Sequence record: OP752703.1
Direction: 5' to 3' (one strand)
DNA length: 64,000 bases
Below the pieces are notes generated by a model. It saw only the letters and a list, made by a program, of their open reading frames with translations. It did not search any database and was not told where the DNA came from. Each line of letters begins with the position of its first letter. The stretch's first letter is position 1. Made by a program: the position numbers and the translations under genes. Positions 18,372-27,866 of the stretch are shown here, piece after piece.

Positions 18372-18374
18372 AAT

Positions 18375-18551
18375 ATGAAGAACGAAACTCGTTACTTTGT
18401 GTTCAGTAAGGTTGCAGCAGTCCGCACTGGCATGCTAAAATCCCTAAAGAACGCAGAGACTCGACAGGAAGCCCGCGACTTTAAGTCAGAAAAGGCAACC
18501 CCGTCAATCTACGGTATCTTTGATCGTCATAGTCATTCGATCATTCGCTAA
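18375..18551 (+). CDS. small hypothetical protein (58 aa, below track cutoff)
   Basis: MKNETRYFVFSK... with AAGGA RBS. Confidence 0.6.
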   Translation: MKNETRYFVFSKVAAVRTGMLKSLKNAETRQEARDFKSEKATPSIYGIFDRHSHSIIR

Positions 18552-18561
18552 AATTTGAAAG

Positions 18562-18595
18562 GGGGGTTGACAACCCCCAAACCTTCCCCTATAAT
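18562..18595 (+). promoter_or_regulatory. consensus sigma70 promoter for rIIA; -35 centred in a palindrome
   Basis: TTGACA(18567)-17-TATAAT(18590); GGGGGTTG-A-CAACCCCC inverted repeat. Confidence 0.85.
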
Positions 18596-18634
18596 TCTCA
18601 CTATCAACTCCCCCTTACAGGAACATAGAGAAAC

Positions 18635-20887
18635 ATGAAGCTGAACCACGACAATAACGCAGCAGTCTCCACCGGTGCTGAACGCTCGGGTACTTTCGGT
18701 ATCGCCAATAACGGCAAGGCGTTCAAGGTTCTATCCGATAGCATCTATCAGGATAAGATCGGTTCGATGATCCGCGAGACTGCTTGTAATGGTCTTGACT
18801 CACACATTCAGAATGGCAACCCGGATACCCCGATTCAGATTCACATGCCTGACGCTTTCGAGCCGTGGTACAGTGTAGAAGATTTCGGTCTAGGTATGTC
18901 CCCGGACACCATCGACAACGTTTTCACCGTTTATTTCTCGTCAACCAAGGCTCAGTCCAATGACGTGATCGGTGCATTCGGCCTAGGCGCAAAGACTCCG
19001 TTCGCGTACACTGACAAGTTCACCGTAACGTCTACCCACAATGGTAAGCGCTACCTGTACGCCATGTACTACAACGACAACAACGAACCGCAGTCCGACC
19101 TGATGGATACTTCCGATGTACCGGAAGGCACCCCGAATGGTGTAAAGATTGAAGTTCCGGTTCTACCTGAACACTTCCGCGAATTCCGCGAAGCTCTAAA
19201 GAACCAGCTACGTTTCTTTGCAGTAAAGCCGATCATCCTAAATGGTGGTCAGTTCGAGTTCGATGCAACCCCGCGTGCGCTACTGGAAACTAAGTCGGTA
19301 ACTGTACTTGACACTGCTGGTATGTCGAGCTATAGTGATCTACGTAAGTCGTTCATCGTGCAGGGACCGGTCGGTTACGCAATCGATGAAGCTCTACTAA
19401 TGCGTCGTATGGAAGAAGCTGTGGATCAGGACTTGGTGCCGGGTCTAACTCGTAAGAACCTAGAGTTCCTACGTGTCATGCTTCGCACTGCAACGTGGTT
19501 CAAGTTTGATATTGGTGAAGTCGGTGTTACTGCATCCCGTGAAGGTGTAGAATATACCAAGCACACCATTAAGAATTTCGCTACCAAGCTAATCACTATC
19601 CATAAGGAAATGATTGACTACGTAGAAAGTTCGCTAACGGGCGCTAAGACTGCATACGAACGTGTTAAGCTACTAAACCGTATGACTTCATTCCGTAACC
19701 TGATTCAGCATATCGAGATTGATATTGGTAATGCTAAGAAGGATCGTTATGAAGAACATTATTCCTTCCACTTCTCTGACGCTCCGATCTTTAAGACCGT
19801 TGCTAAGAATGCGCAGGGAACTGTAACTCACTCGGTTAACAACTTCCAGATCACGGCCTATGAACGTGCGATGGGTGGTAGCCTAAAGACTTCGCGTATG
19901 ACTGACATTACGCTAACGCCGGATGACAACGATAATATCGTAATCATTCTACGTGACACGAACAGTCGCCCGATCCTGCGCCTACGCCAGTATTTTGAAA
20001 CGAATGCTAACGAAAAGCGCGTAATTGTTGTAGCCACCACTGGCGCTATGACCATCTTTGATGGCGGTGCGGTAAAGAATGCGGTCATTGACGCATTTGG
20101 TGGTTTTGATGGCCTAAACGTCATCAATCTAAGTGATTGCCCTGAGCCTCCGGCTGGTAGCTCTGTACGTAACCGTGCAGCTTACACCCGCCCGACCGGT
20201 TACGTAATGCCGAAGCACAGCTTTGCTCTAGACAGCATCGCAAAGTGGAATCGCGTATTCGAGGAACCGGACGACCCGGAATTCGGCATGGGTGATGACG
20301 GCGTTGAAGTAGAGACTGCGCTTTATGTGCTAGTTGATCGCCAGCGAGTCCAGACGCAAGTCGATACTCGTCTGTTTAACGCTCTAAAGGAAGAAGGAAT
20401 GCTAGATAGTATTGGTATCTACGGTTTCCGTATCGCCGATGAAGCAAAGCTACAGTCCTCCGGTATTAACTGGATCAGTCTGCCCGACTTCCTAGCTGCC
20501 AAGCGTGAAGAAATTGCAAAGGATAAGAAGATTAAGCGCTCCGCTTATGCTACCATTGCAAGTGACCACGTGAAGCGCAAGGTAAACGTTTCACTGCTAG
20601 AGCTTGAAGAAAGTAAGCTAGACTCTAAGTCCGAACTACATAGTCTACGTAAGATTCTAAATGAATCTGACAAGATTGTTAACTCGAACGGCGTGTCACA
20701 TCGTATGCTGGAAATCGCAGGCCATAAACTGCCTAAGACTTTCCTACAGAAGATTGACCGTCTAAGTAGCAGCTTCGCAGGTAAGAATCCGTTTATCAGT
20801 AAGCTACTGCCGTACCACTACAGCCGTCTGGAAGAACGTGATATTGAACACGCTGTGGACTATATCAACTGGAACGCCAGCAAGTAA
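18635..20887 (+). CDS. rIIA: rIIA lysis-inhibition/membrane integrity protein
   Basis: 750 aa; N-terminal GHKL-like ATPase motifs (IRETACNGLDSH, EDFGLGMS, STK...IGAFGLGAKTPFAYTD); upstream of rIIB. Confidence 0.88.
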   Translation: MKLNHDNNAAVSTGAERSGTFGIANNGKAFKVLSDSIYQDKIGSMIRETACNGLDSHIQNGNPDTPIQIHMPDAFEPWYSVEDFGLGMSPDTIDNVFTVYFSSTKAQSNDVIGAFGLGAKTPFAYTDKFTVTSTHNGKRYLYAMYYNDNNEPQSDLMDTSDVPEGTPNGVKIEVPVLPEHFREFREALKNQLRFFAVKPIILNGGQFEFDATPRALLETKSVTVLDTAGMSSYSDLRKSFIVQGPVGYAIDEALLMRRMEEAVDQDLVPGLTRKNLEFLRVMLRTATWFKFDIGEVGVTASREGVEYTKHTIKNFATKLITIHKEMIDYVESSLTGAKTAYERVKLLNRMTSFRNLIQHIEIDIGNAKKDRYEEHYSFHFSDAPIFKTVAKNAQGTVTHSVNNFQITAYERAMGGSLKTSRMTDITLTPDDNDNIVIILRDTNSRPILRLRQYFETNANEKRVIVVATTGAMTIFDGGAVKNAVIDAFGGFDGLNVINLSDCPEPPAGSSVRNRAAYTRPTGYVMPKHSFALDSIAKWNRVFEEPDDPEFGMGDDGVEVETALYVLVDRQRVQTQVDTRLFNALKEEGMLDSIGIYGFRIADEAKLQSSGINWISLPDFLAAKREEIAKDKKIKRSAYATIASDHVKRKVNVSLLELEESKLDSKSELHSLRKILNESDKIVNSNGVSHRMLEIAGHKLPKTFLQKIDRLSSSFAGKNPFISKLLPYHYSRLEERDIEHAVDYINWNASK

Positions 20888-20893
20888 TCGGGC

Positions 20894-20942
20894 GGGTTGT
20901 CAGCAAATAGGTGTTGACAACCCATCCAAAACGAAGTACAAT
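20894..20942 (+). promoter_or_regulatory. sigma70 promoter for rIIB with hairpin over -35
   Basis: TTGACA(20914)-17-TACAAT; gggttgtca/tgacaaccc inverted repeat. Confidence 0.75.
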
Positions 20943-20977
20943 TCACATCACCAAAACACAACAAGGAAAACATCCAA

Positions 20978-21991
20978 ATGTCAAACATTAAGTCAGTACG
21001 TACCGCCAAGGGCGTTAGCATCTTCCTACCGGGTAAGTCACCTGTCTCCATCGACGTTGGCGCTGGTAACTATGAAGCTGTCATCGAAGCCCTAAATGCG
21101 GGCGACCTAGCCAAGCTAGAGCTAGCCCTAAACATCCGTCAGTACGTTGTTGAACAGAGCTTCGGTAAGTTCAAGGTTGACGAACGCGGCAACCTAGTTT
21201 ACGCTCCGGGCAACTACACCCTACCGGCTGAACTAACCGAGTACGTCCTACCGATCCTAAAGAAGGCCCGCAACGTAGAGCCGATCCTACTATACATCGA
21301 GCATCTACTAAGCAACCCGAGCCAGTTTGCTCAGAAGGAACTACTACAGTGGGTTGACAAGGCTAAGATGCCGATCACCCCGGACGGCCACTTCCTAGCT
21401 TACAAGCGCGTTCGTGACGACTACAAGGACGTACACAGCGGCACCATGGACAACTCAGTTGGTCAGGTAGTCCAGATGCCACGTCTAGCAGTAGACGACG
21501 ACCGCACCCGTACTTGCTCGGCTGGTCTACACTTCTGCTCCAAGGATTACCTAAGCCACTTCGGCGGCGACCGTATCGTTGTAGTAAAGATCAACCCGGC
21601 TGACGTAGTATCCATCCCGGACGACTACGACTTCACCAAGGGCCGCGCATGGCGCTACGAAGTAGTTGCTGAACTAAGCACCCTAGACGGCGAGCTAATC
21701 CGCGAACTAGACGCTTTCTTCATCGATGAATTCGACAGCCGTGGCGAAGAAGTGGTAGAGCTAAAGCAGGTTTCAAAGAACGCTCAGGGCGCAGTCAGCC
21801 TAACCAAGGTTGTAGCTCCCAAGGCCGACTCGGTAATCGGTAAGACTTCACTAACCGACGATCAGGTCCGCAAGATTCGCAAGCTACTAAAGCAGGGCGG
21901 CACTGTCGCTGGCGTAGCTCGCACCATCGGCACCAGCGAGCGTACCGTCGCCCGCATCCGTGACGGCGAAACCTACACCAACGTCAAGTAA
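20978..21991 (+). CDS. rIIB: rIIB protein with C-terminal HTH
   Basis: PITPDGHFLAYKRV, DNSVGQVVQMPR..VDDDRTRTCSAGLH, VVVKINPADVVSIP.DY...KGR..RYEV. Confidence 0.92.
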   Translation: MSNIKSVRTAKGVSIFLPGKSPVSIDVGAGNYEAVIEALNAGDLAKLELALNIRQYVVEQSFGKFKVDERGNLVYAPGNYTLPAELTEYVLPILKKARNVEPILLYIEHLLSNPSQFAQKELLQWVDKAKMPITPDGHFLAYKRVRDDYKDVHSGTMDNSVGQVVQMPRLAVDDDRTRTCSAGLHFCSKDYLSHFGGDRIVVVKINPADVVSIPDDYDFTKGRAWRYEVVAELSTLDGELIRELDAFFIDEFDSRGEEVVELKQVSKNAQGAVSLTKVVAPKADSVIGKTSLTDDQVRKIRKLLKQGGTVAGVARTIGTSERTVARIRDGETYTNVK

Positions 21992-22015
21992 TATTGACCC
22001 AAGTGCAAAAAGATG

Positions 22016-22054
22016 AAAAAGGGGCTTGACGGCCCCTTTTTCTTTGCCTATAAT
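22016..22054 (+). terminator. terminator hairpin carrying the -35 of the rnlA promoter in its loop
   Basis: aaaaaggggc-ttgacg-gcccctttttc; TTGACG(22026)-17-TATAAT(22049). Confidence 0.8.
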
Positions 22055-22081
22055 TTGCCCATACCAAACAAGGACGCAAAC

Positions 22082-23224
22082 ATGTTCCAGCACCCGCACT
22101 ACTCATTCAACGCTGACACTCTGTATGACGAGCTAATGGCTCTGTGCGATGGCAGCGACGTGTTCTACTTCCAAGATCACACCTACAAGGGTGACACCTA
22201 CCGCATCTTCAACTACCGTCTGGCTTCCTATGGCGACTTCCTAAAGCCGTCTGCACTGGAATGCCGTGGTCATACTTTCCGTCTTGTCGAAGGCTACCGT
22301 CCGGTACTGGTGTCTCTGCCGATGGAAAAGTTCTTCAACCTAGGCGAGAACCCGTTCACCATGGACCTTGATCTGTCGAAGGTCATTCGTGTAGAGGACA
22401 AGCGTGACGGTTCGCTAATCTCGACTGTCCTAGGTTTCCCCTCTGACGGCCAGATTCACGTCAAGTCTAAGGGTTCGTTCACTTCGGATCAGGCTAAGGC
22501 TGCATTCAACATGCTGAACTATGGCGACGAGTATTGGGAATTCTCCAAGATTGTTGCGGCTGCTATTTCGTTCGGTTACACTGTGAACATGGAATACACT
22601 GCACCGTCTAACCAGATCGTGGTAGGATACTCCAAGCCTGCTCTAACTGTCCTGAACATCCGTGACAACGCGACCGGTGCTTACATCGATCCGATCAACT
22701 TTGGCTTCCCGGCTTACCATGTTGCTGATTATCAGGAACGTGAAGTCGATAAGACTTGGCTGGAAATGATCGACCTTGAAACCGGAAAGGAAGGTTACAT
22801 CCTTGTATTCGACAACGGCCTAAAGGCAAAGGTTAAGAATTCGTGGTACTGCAACCTGCACCTACAGAAGGAACAGGTAAGTCAGCCCCGCCGTCTGTTT
22901 GAGGCAGTGCTACATGAAACCTCTGACGACCTAAAGACTCTGTTCAAGGAAGACCCTCAGTCTATCCAGCGCATTGTTGATATGGAAGTCATGGTGAAGC
23001 GTGAGTACAACCGACTTGCAAAGCTTGTCCATACGTTCTACACTGAGAACCATGAACTAAGCCGAAAGGACTACGCAATCCTAGGCCAGCAGGTACTTGC
23101 TCCGCATGGTATCTTCTCCCTAGCGATGAACCTGTTCCTAGGTCAGCCGCATGGTCTAACGGACTGGATGATTAAGAACTATAAGAAGTTCATCAACGAC
23201 GAAGGTGTCACTGATGCTGAATAA
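22082..23224 (+). CDS. rnlA: RNA ligase 1 (T4 RnlA family)
   Basis: IFNYRLASY, ECRG, KFFNLGEN, EDKRDGSLIS (motif I), KSKGS, EYT..N.IV, EGY, K.K..WY. Confidence 0.9.
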   Translation: MFQHPHYSFNADTLYDELMALCDGSDVFYFQDHTYKGDTYRIFNYRLASYGDFLKPSALECRGHTFRLVEGYRPVLVSLPMEKFFNLGENPFTMDLDLSKVIRVEDKRDGSLISTVLGFPSDGQIHVKSKGSFTSDQAKAAFNMLNYGDEYWEFSKIVAAAISFGYTVNMEYTAPSNQIVVGYSKPALTVLNIRDNATGAYIDPINFGFPAYHVADYQEREVDKTWLEMIDLETGKEGYILVFDNGLKAKVKNSWYCNLHLQKEQVSQPRRLFEAVLHETSDDLKTLFKEDPQSIQRIVDMEVMVKREYNRLAKLVHTFYTENHELSRKDYAILGQQVLAPHGIFSLAMNLFLGQPHGLTDWMIKNYKKFINDEGVTDAE

Positions 23225-23495
23225 GCCGTTTGATATGATGGATGCGTTTACCTCTAAACCGGTAAGCGCATCTAAGGAAGCTACCGAGTATAACGTGCAG
23301 GACTGTGCAGATCGAATCTACGATTTGGACAAGGAGAACTTGACAAAGGAAGAATACCTTGCTAAAGTTCAATCTATTGTACTGATGGGTATGAGTTGGT
23401 CCCATATGAACCAGCAACTCTACATGCAAGAATGTGCAGCCGCAATTGGCCGCATGGCTAATCAATATAAACAAAAGAGAGGAATTGATGGCTAA
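23214..23495 (+). CDS. hypothetical protein
   Basis: Overlaps rnlA stop; start moved to MLNK. Confidence 0.65.
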   Translation: MLNKPFDMMDAFTSKPVSASKEATEYNVQDCADRIYDLDKENLTKEEYLAKVQSIVLMGMSWSHMNQQLYMQECAAAIGRMANQYKQKRGIDG

Positions 23496-23730
23496 TCGTT
23501 TAGAAGATATTGCAAATGTAATCGTTGGACTTGTCCGTGATGCTGATGAAGATTTTGATATTAACGCATCTAGAGAAGGCTACGATAACCTTACAAAAAA
23601 TATTGTAGTAGAGCTTGCTTCGCTAGTGCAGGATGCAACCTATGACTCTAAGATCAGAAATCTTGCTGAGGCTATTATGGAGCGAGAATTGGCTGAACAA
23701 AACAATGGACAAATGACGGATAATAACTAA
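23488..23730 (+). CDS. hypothetical protein
   Basis: Start moved to MANRL (GAGG RBS). Confidence 0.7.
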   Translation: MANRLEDIANVIVGLVRDADEDFDINASREGYDNLTKNIVVELASLVQDATYDSKIRNLAEAIMERELAEQNNGQMTDNN

Positions 23731-23960
23731 TGAAGCACGATCAGGTAATCGAAGACGCCGTAGAGAACATCATGGAATACACTGGCGTGTACCGTGACAT
23801 TTACAACAGCGATCACACTGAACGAACTCTAGAAGAAATTCAGAGTTATCAGGAAGGCGTCCGTGAAGCGATTCGTGGACAACTCTGTAAGGTTGCTGTA
23901 GAGGCTAGCAGGAACATGAATCTTGCCCAGCTTTGCGTAGCTCGCGGTGTTAAGCACTAA
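23730..23960 (+). CDS. hypothetical protein
   Basis: TAATG-coupled 76 aa. Confidence 0.7.
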   Translation: MKHDQVIEDAVENIMEYTGVYRDIYNSDHTERTLEEIQSYQEGVREAIRGQLCKVAVEASRNMNLAQLCVARGVKH

Positions 23961-23981
23961 TCACAAATCAGTCACATCATC

Positions 23982-24033
23982 TTGACACGAAGGCCCTAGT
24001 CTAGTACACTAGGGCCTTCTTTGTTACTAAATA
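23982..24033 (+). terminator. terminator overlapping a sigma70 promoter, followed by a late-promoter-like ACTAAATA
   Basis: TTGACA-17-TACACT; gaaggccctag/ctagggccttc stem; ACTAAATA at 24026. Confidence 0.65.
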
Positions 24034-24226
24034 ACCATTCAAGAGGAAAATTATAAGCTAGATTAAAAACTAGAACGCCAACAATAGAAGGAAAAATCTA
24101 TGCGTGAACTACTAACCGAAGGACGGTAACACTAGTCCCTTCATTACGAAAGCAGCAGCGATTATCCTTTCAATAACACTGACGGTTATTGGAAGCGTTT
24201 CAGAAGCCCACGCAAGTGACTCTGGA

Positions 24227-24808
24227 ATGATTGCCGCAAAACCGGCAGCGATTATGACTTTAACAACGTTCGATAAGAACAACGCTATTGACATTTTCGG
24301 TTTGCCAAAGAGGGAATCAGTTATTCTCCCTCAACAAATAGAAATGCCAAAGCTAGATGATCCCCTAGCAAACTTCATTAGGAATCCAGACTTTGTGCTG
24401 GGAGAAGAACATTCTCACGCTGATTCCCGCATCCCCTCCCTCGCTGGTCTTGTTACATCTGCCTTCGGTTACAGGAAACATCCTGTCAAGGGCAAAGTCA
24501 AGCACCACAACGGCATCGACCTAGCCGCTAAATTAGGCACACCGGTATTCGCACCGGCATCGGGTACAGTCATCTTCGCTGGTACGAAGAACGGCTACGG
24601 AAACGTTGTAGAAATCGACCACGGAAATGGTTACGTATCTCTACTTGCCCACCACTCCAAACTCTTAGTAAAGGTTGGAGACTTAGTAACTGCTGCTACC
24701 GAGATTGCGAAAGCAGGTAGGACAGGTATCGCCACTGGCGTCCATGTTCATGTAGAGCTAAGAAAAGACGGAAGATTGATTAATCCCATATCCTACGTTG
24801 CGAAGTGA
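24227..24808 (+). CDS. M23 family peptidase (peptidoglycan endopeptidase)
   Basis: SAFGYR.HPV...HHNGIDLA (HxxxD), YGNVVEIDH, HHS, G.TG.ATGVHVHVE (HxH); true start uncertain. Confidence 0.9.
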   Translation: MIAAKPAAIMTLTTFDKNNAIDIFGLPKRESVILPQQIEMPKLDDPLANFIRNPDFVLGEEHSHADSRIPSLAGLVTSAFGYRKHPVKGKVKHHNGIDLAAKLGTPVFAPASGTVIFAGTKNGYGNVVEIDHGNGYVSLLAHHSKLLVKVGDLVTAATEIAKAGRTGIATGVHVHVELRKDGRLINPISYVAK

Positions 24809-24815
24809 CAAAGAA

Positions 24816-24843
24816 AAAGCCCCGGACCTCTTGCCGGGGCTTT
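24816..24843. terminator. bidirectional terminator between convergent genes
   Basis: aaagccccgg-8-ccggggcttt. Confidence 0.8.
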
Positions 24844-24859
24844 GTCGTTTAAGGGAGAT

Positions 24860-25228
24860 TTACTTAGGGTAGTAACATGTAGCAACATGCTTATTACAAC
24901 TGCTATCTAGCTTAATGGATGAGATTCGCTTATTGGTCTTCCATTTCTCTACAATATCATCACCAATCCTATACGTGTATCCTAGTTCATCGCCGACACT
25001 AATATTCTTACCGGGCCAGTTATTGAACGACATACGATAGAATCGACCGCCATCTAGTTGTACGTTACATTCAAAGTAATACTTGCCAGCATAACAGTTC
25101 TGAACGGCTGTTACAGTTCCGATGGATTCATATTTACTTACATAATGTTCATTGGGGCCGATGACTCGGATACAGCCCGATAGTGCCACGGTGGATAGTG
25201 CTGCGAGTAGTAGGGTTTTAATCTTCAT
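24860..25228 (-). CDS. putative lipoprotein
   Basis: Lipobox LSGC after hydrophobic leader. Confidence 0.75.
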   Translation of the reverse strand: MKIKTLLLAALSTVALSGCIRVIGPNEHYVSKYESIGTVTAVQNCYAGKYYFECNVQLDGGRFYRMSFNNWPGKNISVGDELGYTYRIGDDIVEKWKTNKRISSIKLDSSCNKHVATCYYPK

Positions 25229-25230
25229 AG

Positions 25231-25252
25231 TTAACGCCTGCGTTAGGACTTA
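25231..25252. repeat. 22-bp gene-boundary motif, copy 1 of 3
   Basis: ttaacgcctgcgttaggactta, also at 61828 and (1 mismatch) 61915. Confidence 0.85.
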
Positions 25253-25506
25253 TTAGGGGTGGTTGTTACGTGGCGGTATAGGTTGATCGCCACATCGTTA
25301 AACTGCTGGCCTTGAATGGTACGCATGTGTCCAGTCTTGGCATTGGCAGCTAGCATCACTTTCTTACCAGTAACACCAGCAACCCCGATCAGGTTATAGC
25401 CTGCGAGGCTGGGACAGTTAGAGGGGAATGGGTTTCCTACCCACTTGCTAGCCAGTTCTTCCTTGAAAGTATTACTGCTTAGATCATCACTTTCAATATA
25501 CGTCAT
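25243..25506 (-). CDS. hypothetical protein
   Basis: Start moved to MTYIES. Confidence 0.6.
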   Translation of the reverse strand: MTYIESDDLSSNTFKEELASKWVGNPFPSNCPSLAGYNLIGVAGVTGKKVMLAANAKTGHMRTIQGQQFNDVAINLYRHVTTTPNKS

Positions 25507-25756
25507 TTGATTTCTGTAGGGCCTCTTCAATAATTTCATCTTCTGCAAACAGAGTGTTCTGCATGCGTCTAACATTTACGCGTTCAGATTCGTTCATACC
25601 ACGCATGTCGATAGAATACAACTTGTCGTACAGTTGCCAGTTGAACATGGTCAATTTTACGCCTTCGCGCAGGGTTAGTCCAGTCAATGCTCGCGCATAC
25701 GACTTAATGGAGTATTCAGGTAAGATTTCGTCAATCGTGATAACAGAATCAGTCAT
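25493..25756 (-). CDS. hypothetical protein
   Basis: Start moved to MTDSV. Confidence 0.6.
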   Translation of the reverse strand: MTDSVITIDEILPEYSIKSYARALTGLTLREGVKLTMFNWQLYDKLYSIDMRGMNESERVNVRRMQNTLFAEDEIIEEALQKSNDVY

Positions 25757-25873
25757 AGGCAATATTCCATGGGGGCCATTGTAGCACAAAAATAATAGTT
25801 TGCAAGGGGTTGACTCGTTATAATTTATCTGGCAAAATGGGATGGAAGGACGGGGGACTAGATAAATATCCGC

Positions 25874-26722
25874 ATGACCCAATCTTTCAAACAATTTCTA
25901 ATCGAGGCACGCATTGCTGCCCCTACTACCCTTGTAACTCAGGTGATGAACGTCGCTGCAAGCGCTCTGTTTAGCCTTGCGTACTCCCAAGATGGGGGTA
26001 TGGACGATGATATGCGCGTTTTTATGACGCAAATGAAGAAAAAGTACGGAAATTTCCGTGTTTTTAAGCTTTCTGAGGGCCAACCACTGGTCGTAACGCT
26101 CCAATTTGACCCAAAAGAGCTTCCAGAACGCTATACAAAGGGCATTAAACTACAAAAATCCTACCCGATCAAGGTAAAAGTGGGTGCTTTAGGGGCTACA
26201 GAGGACCAACATATGGCCTATTACACCCCCATGGGTCGTGGTCAGAGTGGTGGAATCACCATAAACCTGTCCAACCTACCAGAAATCGACTCCATTGGCT
26301 CTGTAGAGGGCATGGAAGCCGCCCTAGACAATCTAGAGGGGTCAGTACCGCATGAGGTACAGCACGCCACACAGGACGTTGTGCTGCGTAAGAGACATAG
26401 TAGCCAGTTCGAGCTACCGAATGAGGGGGATACTGATGATGACTACTACGCATCACAGGTCGAATTCCAACCGCAGATCACTACAGCGGGGAATGACTTC
26501 AAAAGAATGCTAAAGCAGATGCGTAATGCGGGGGTAGAGGTATCAGGGGATGCGGCTCAACAACTCTTTAGAGTATTCGTAGGAGCTTCCAACCAGATGC
26601 CGCAGGGTATGTTGAAGTGGAAGAGCTACTTTGACAGTCCGTTCTACAAGTCACTACGCCAGAATGACGGCGACAAATGGAAAAAGGCGGTGAAGGAGCT
26701 TCACCGCCATCTAGGTTCTTAA
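25874..26722 (+). CDS. putative head-packaged protein with HExxH zinc-peptidase motif
   Basis: N-term MTQSFKQFLIEA resembles T4 capsid-targeting sequence; HEVQH; GATAAATA upstream. Confidence 0.6.
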   Translation: MTQSFKQFLIEARIAAPTTLVTQVMNVAASALFSLAYSQDGGMDDDMRVFMTQMKKKYGNFRVFKLSEGQPLVVTLQFDPKELPERYTKGIKLQKSYPIKVKVGALGATEDQHMAYYTPMGRGQSGGITINLSNLPEIDSIGSVEGMEAALDNLEGSVPHEVQHATQDVVLRKRHSSQFELPNEGDTDDDYYASQVEFQPQITTAGNDFKRMLKQMRNAGVEVSGDAAQQLFRVFVGASNQMPQGMLKWKSYFDSPFYKSLRQNDGDKWKKAVKELHRHLGS

Positions 26723-26725
26723 GTT

Positions 26726-26929
26726 TTATTTAATCTTTACAACAGGGGCATCGGTGCGTAGGTCGTTACCTACTCTTAGCACTGTATGCCCCTTTGCGTT
26801 TATGGTGACTTCTGCAAAGGGTTCACGTTCATTTAGTCGTTGCACCTTGACAGAGCGGCAGAAGACTGCCGCATATTCATTTTCGATCCCTAGCTGTGCA
26901 AGCACATCATGGCGAAAACTCATTGTCAT
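26726..26929 (-). CDS. hypothetical protein
   Basis: 67-aa ORF in a run of - strand genes. Confidence 0.55.
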   Translation of the reverse strand: MTMSFRHDVLAQLGIENEYAAVFCRSVKVQRLNEREPFAEVTINAKGHTVLRVGNDLRTDAPVVKIK

Positions 26930-26935
26930 TGACCT

Positions 26936-27133
26936 TTAAGCGTCGAGTACCTTGCCGGTGTGGTCAAGAATGAAGACGCGAGGGCTATTAGCCATCTTCA
27001 CTAGATCACGGTGAATGTCTAGTAGAGTCTGACGCTTCTTGGTTGCCGGGTCATACGTTTCCTTTAGAGCCTTAAACTCGTAGTGGGTGCCGTTGTTGAC
27101 GAAAGTGAACTTGAATTCTTTGTGGGTCTTCAT
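26936..27133 (-). CDS. hypothetical protein
   Basis: 65 aa, phage-like codon usage. Confidence 0.65.
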   Translation of the reverse strand: MKTHKEFKFTFVNNGTHYEFKALKETYDPATKKRQTLLDIHRDLVKMANSPRVFILDHTGKVLDA

Positions 27134-27264
27134 AGGGGTAGTGCCTTTATTTCTGTAGTTATAGGAATGGGGTTAGTGTTTGAAAGTGTAGCAATTGCGA
27201 GTGAGGTTTACAAGGGGCAGTCACTACAACCTGCCCCCGTCTATGAAGAGTGTTGCGGTATTAC

Positions 27265-27792
27265 TTAGAAAGTGTCGTCTTCCATGTAATCCGGGTAATC
27301 GATCACGCTTAGGGCTTCGCCTGCGGCATTTAGCGCTTCCTGCACGGCCTTGAATTCCGGGCTGGAATGGAAGTTGTTCATTAGGTTAATGTAGTCGCGG
27401 TAAGCCGCTTCGTATGCCTTACTGGCTGCGTCCTGAGCCTTCCACTTGACAGACTTGGCCTTACGGACCTGTTCATTGTAGGTCTTGACGATTAGGCCCG
27501 GAATCTGATCCAGAGTAGTGCCAGCCGGGAAGGTAACTGAGCCAGTTTCCGCACCGATGTTGGTGTTGGCCTGAGCTAGCTCTAGGCGAGACTTAGCGAT
27601 GGCTAGACCGGACTTGCGCTTGAACACTGCGTGGTCAGTCGGATGGCAGGAGGCAACACCGTACTGGACAACCTGCTCACCGGCTTCATTGCGAACGGCG
27701 GTGAAAGCGACAGATAGCTTCGGCTTGTTCGGGTTGATGGTCGAACCCTTTAGGCCAGTGTTGGTGTAGAAGTTACGAACTAGAACGGTCAT
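27265..27792 (-). CDS. hypothetical protein
   Basis: 175 aa, AAGGA RBS, strong codon bias; C(H)P.D..F.RK.G..IA..RL motif. Confidence 0.8.
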   Translation of the reverse strand: MTVLVRNFYTNTGLKGSTINPNKPKLSVAFTAVRNEAGEQVVQYGVASCHPTDHAVFKRKSGLAIAKSRLELAQANTNIGAETGSVTFPAGTTLDQIPGLIVKTYNEQVRKAKSVKWKAQDAASKAYEAAYRDYINLMNNFHSSPEFKAVQEALNAAGEALSVIDYPDYMEDDTF

Positions 27793-27866
27793 GCGATTTC
27801 CTTTAATTAGGAGTTGATTAGGAGATTTAAAGTTTACAGCAGTTTTTCAGTTTGTCAACTGGAATT

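Noticed and set aside
18635-23224. Genome-wide TAG or TAA reassignment suggested by the CUA and UUA tRNAs
   Set aside because: Long genes (750, 380, 366 aa) are intact in code 11, coding density is high, and TAA is the main stop.
24100-24195. T4 gene 60-style ribosomal bypass (GGA...GGA) in the M23 leader
   Set aside because: The stop is not adjacent to the take-off codon, and the hop would skip the signal peptide that makes the region interesting.
25231-25252. Integron attC site for the 22-bp motif
   Set aside because: TAAC...GCGTTA resemblance only; far shorter than attC, no L boxes, and no integrase in the window.
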